A stretch of DNA of 18,490 nucleotides, from positions 1-18,490 of the IMG/VR virus record IMGVR_UViG_2563366965_000003; one strand, given 5' to 3'. The position numbers were made by a program, and so were the translations under genes. Each line of letters starts with the position of its first letter. The first letter of the stretch is position 1. Shown piece by piece: positions 18,269 to 18,490 of this stretch. The notes beneath the pieces were generated by a model, which did not search any database, had not been told where the DNA came from, and saw only the letters and a list, made by a program, of their open reading frames with translations. Source of the stretch: a virus. Taxonomy: Duplodnaviria; Heunggongvirae; Uroviricota; Caudoviricetes.

Positions 18269-18490
18269 GTGCCCATGAGCGGTAAGCGTTATCCCGAAGA
18301 GTTTAAAACTGAAGCAGTCAAACAGGTTGTTGATCGCGGTTATTCTGTTGCCAGCGTTGCAACACGTCTCGATATCACCACCCACAGCCTTTATGCCTGG
18401 ATAAAGAAGTACGGTCCGGATTACTCCACTTTTTCATCAAGCCAATCCGCCCACCACTGCATCATTTCTCTGCGCTTATCGAGATACTGA
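18269..18490 (+). mobile_element. IS3-family orfA fragment (HTH N-terminus), C-terminal part replaced
   Basis: MSGKRYPEEFKTEAVKQVVDRGYSVASVATRLDITTHSLYAWIKKYGPD is a typical IS3-family OrfA N-terminus; sequence after about 18420 no longer looks like OrfA. Confidence 0.5.

Noticed and set aside
1-18490. CRISPR arrays or other short interspersed direct-repeat arrays
   Set aside because: No regularly spaced short direct repeats seen; the only tandem repetition is the protein-coding repeat inside stf.

Overview
This window reads as the right-hand two thirds of a degraded, mosaic lambdoid prophage in an enterobacterial (E. coli/Shigella-type) chromosome, ending at a tRNA-Ser-derived attachment-site remnant followed by an AraC-family regulator and IS3-family fragments. 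All identifications rest on the supplied six-frame translations, direct reading of the DNA and my recollection of phage lambda and E. coli DLP12 sequences; no database search was run. Left to right: lambda-like early-left genes on the minus strand (Orf73-like TraR/DksA protein, orf63, orf60a, intact exo, 5'-truncated bet); an AT-rich islet that takes the place of gam-kil-cIII-N-immunity-O-P and encodes a small membrane protein plus two translationally coupled lipoproteins, the second SlyB-like; a DLP12-like nin/Q module (ninB, ninE, ybcO-like, rusA, ylcG, Q); an Lc/NmpC-type porin; a phage-21-type pinholin and SAR endolysin with lambda-type Rz/Rz1; bor and three small right-end genes; an intact lambda cos site; a 16-codon nu1 stump fused directly to the region upstream of an expanded side tail fibre gene (stf) and tfa; an 860-bp AT-rich ORF-poor spacer; and a 62-nt 3' fragment of tRNA-Ser. 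The most interesting candidate is the lipoprotein islet, which may be an undescribed envelope or superinfection-exclusion module. The prophage as seen here lacks a repressor, replication genes, terminase and all head and tail genes, so it is almost certainly cryptic.
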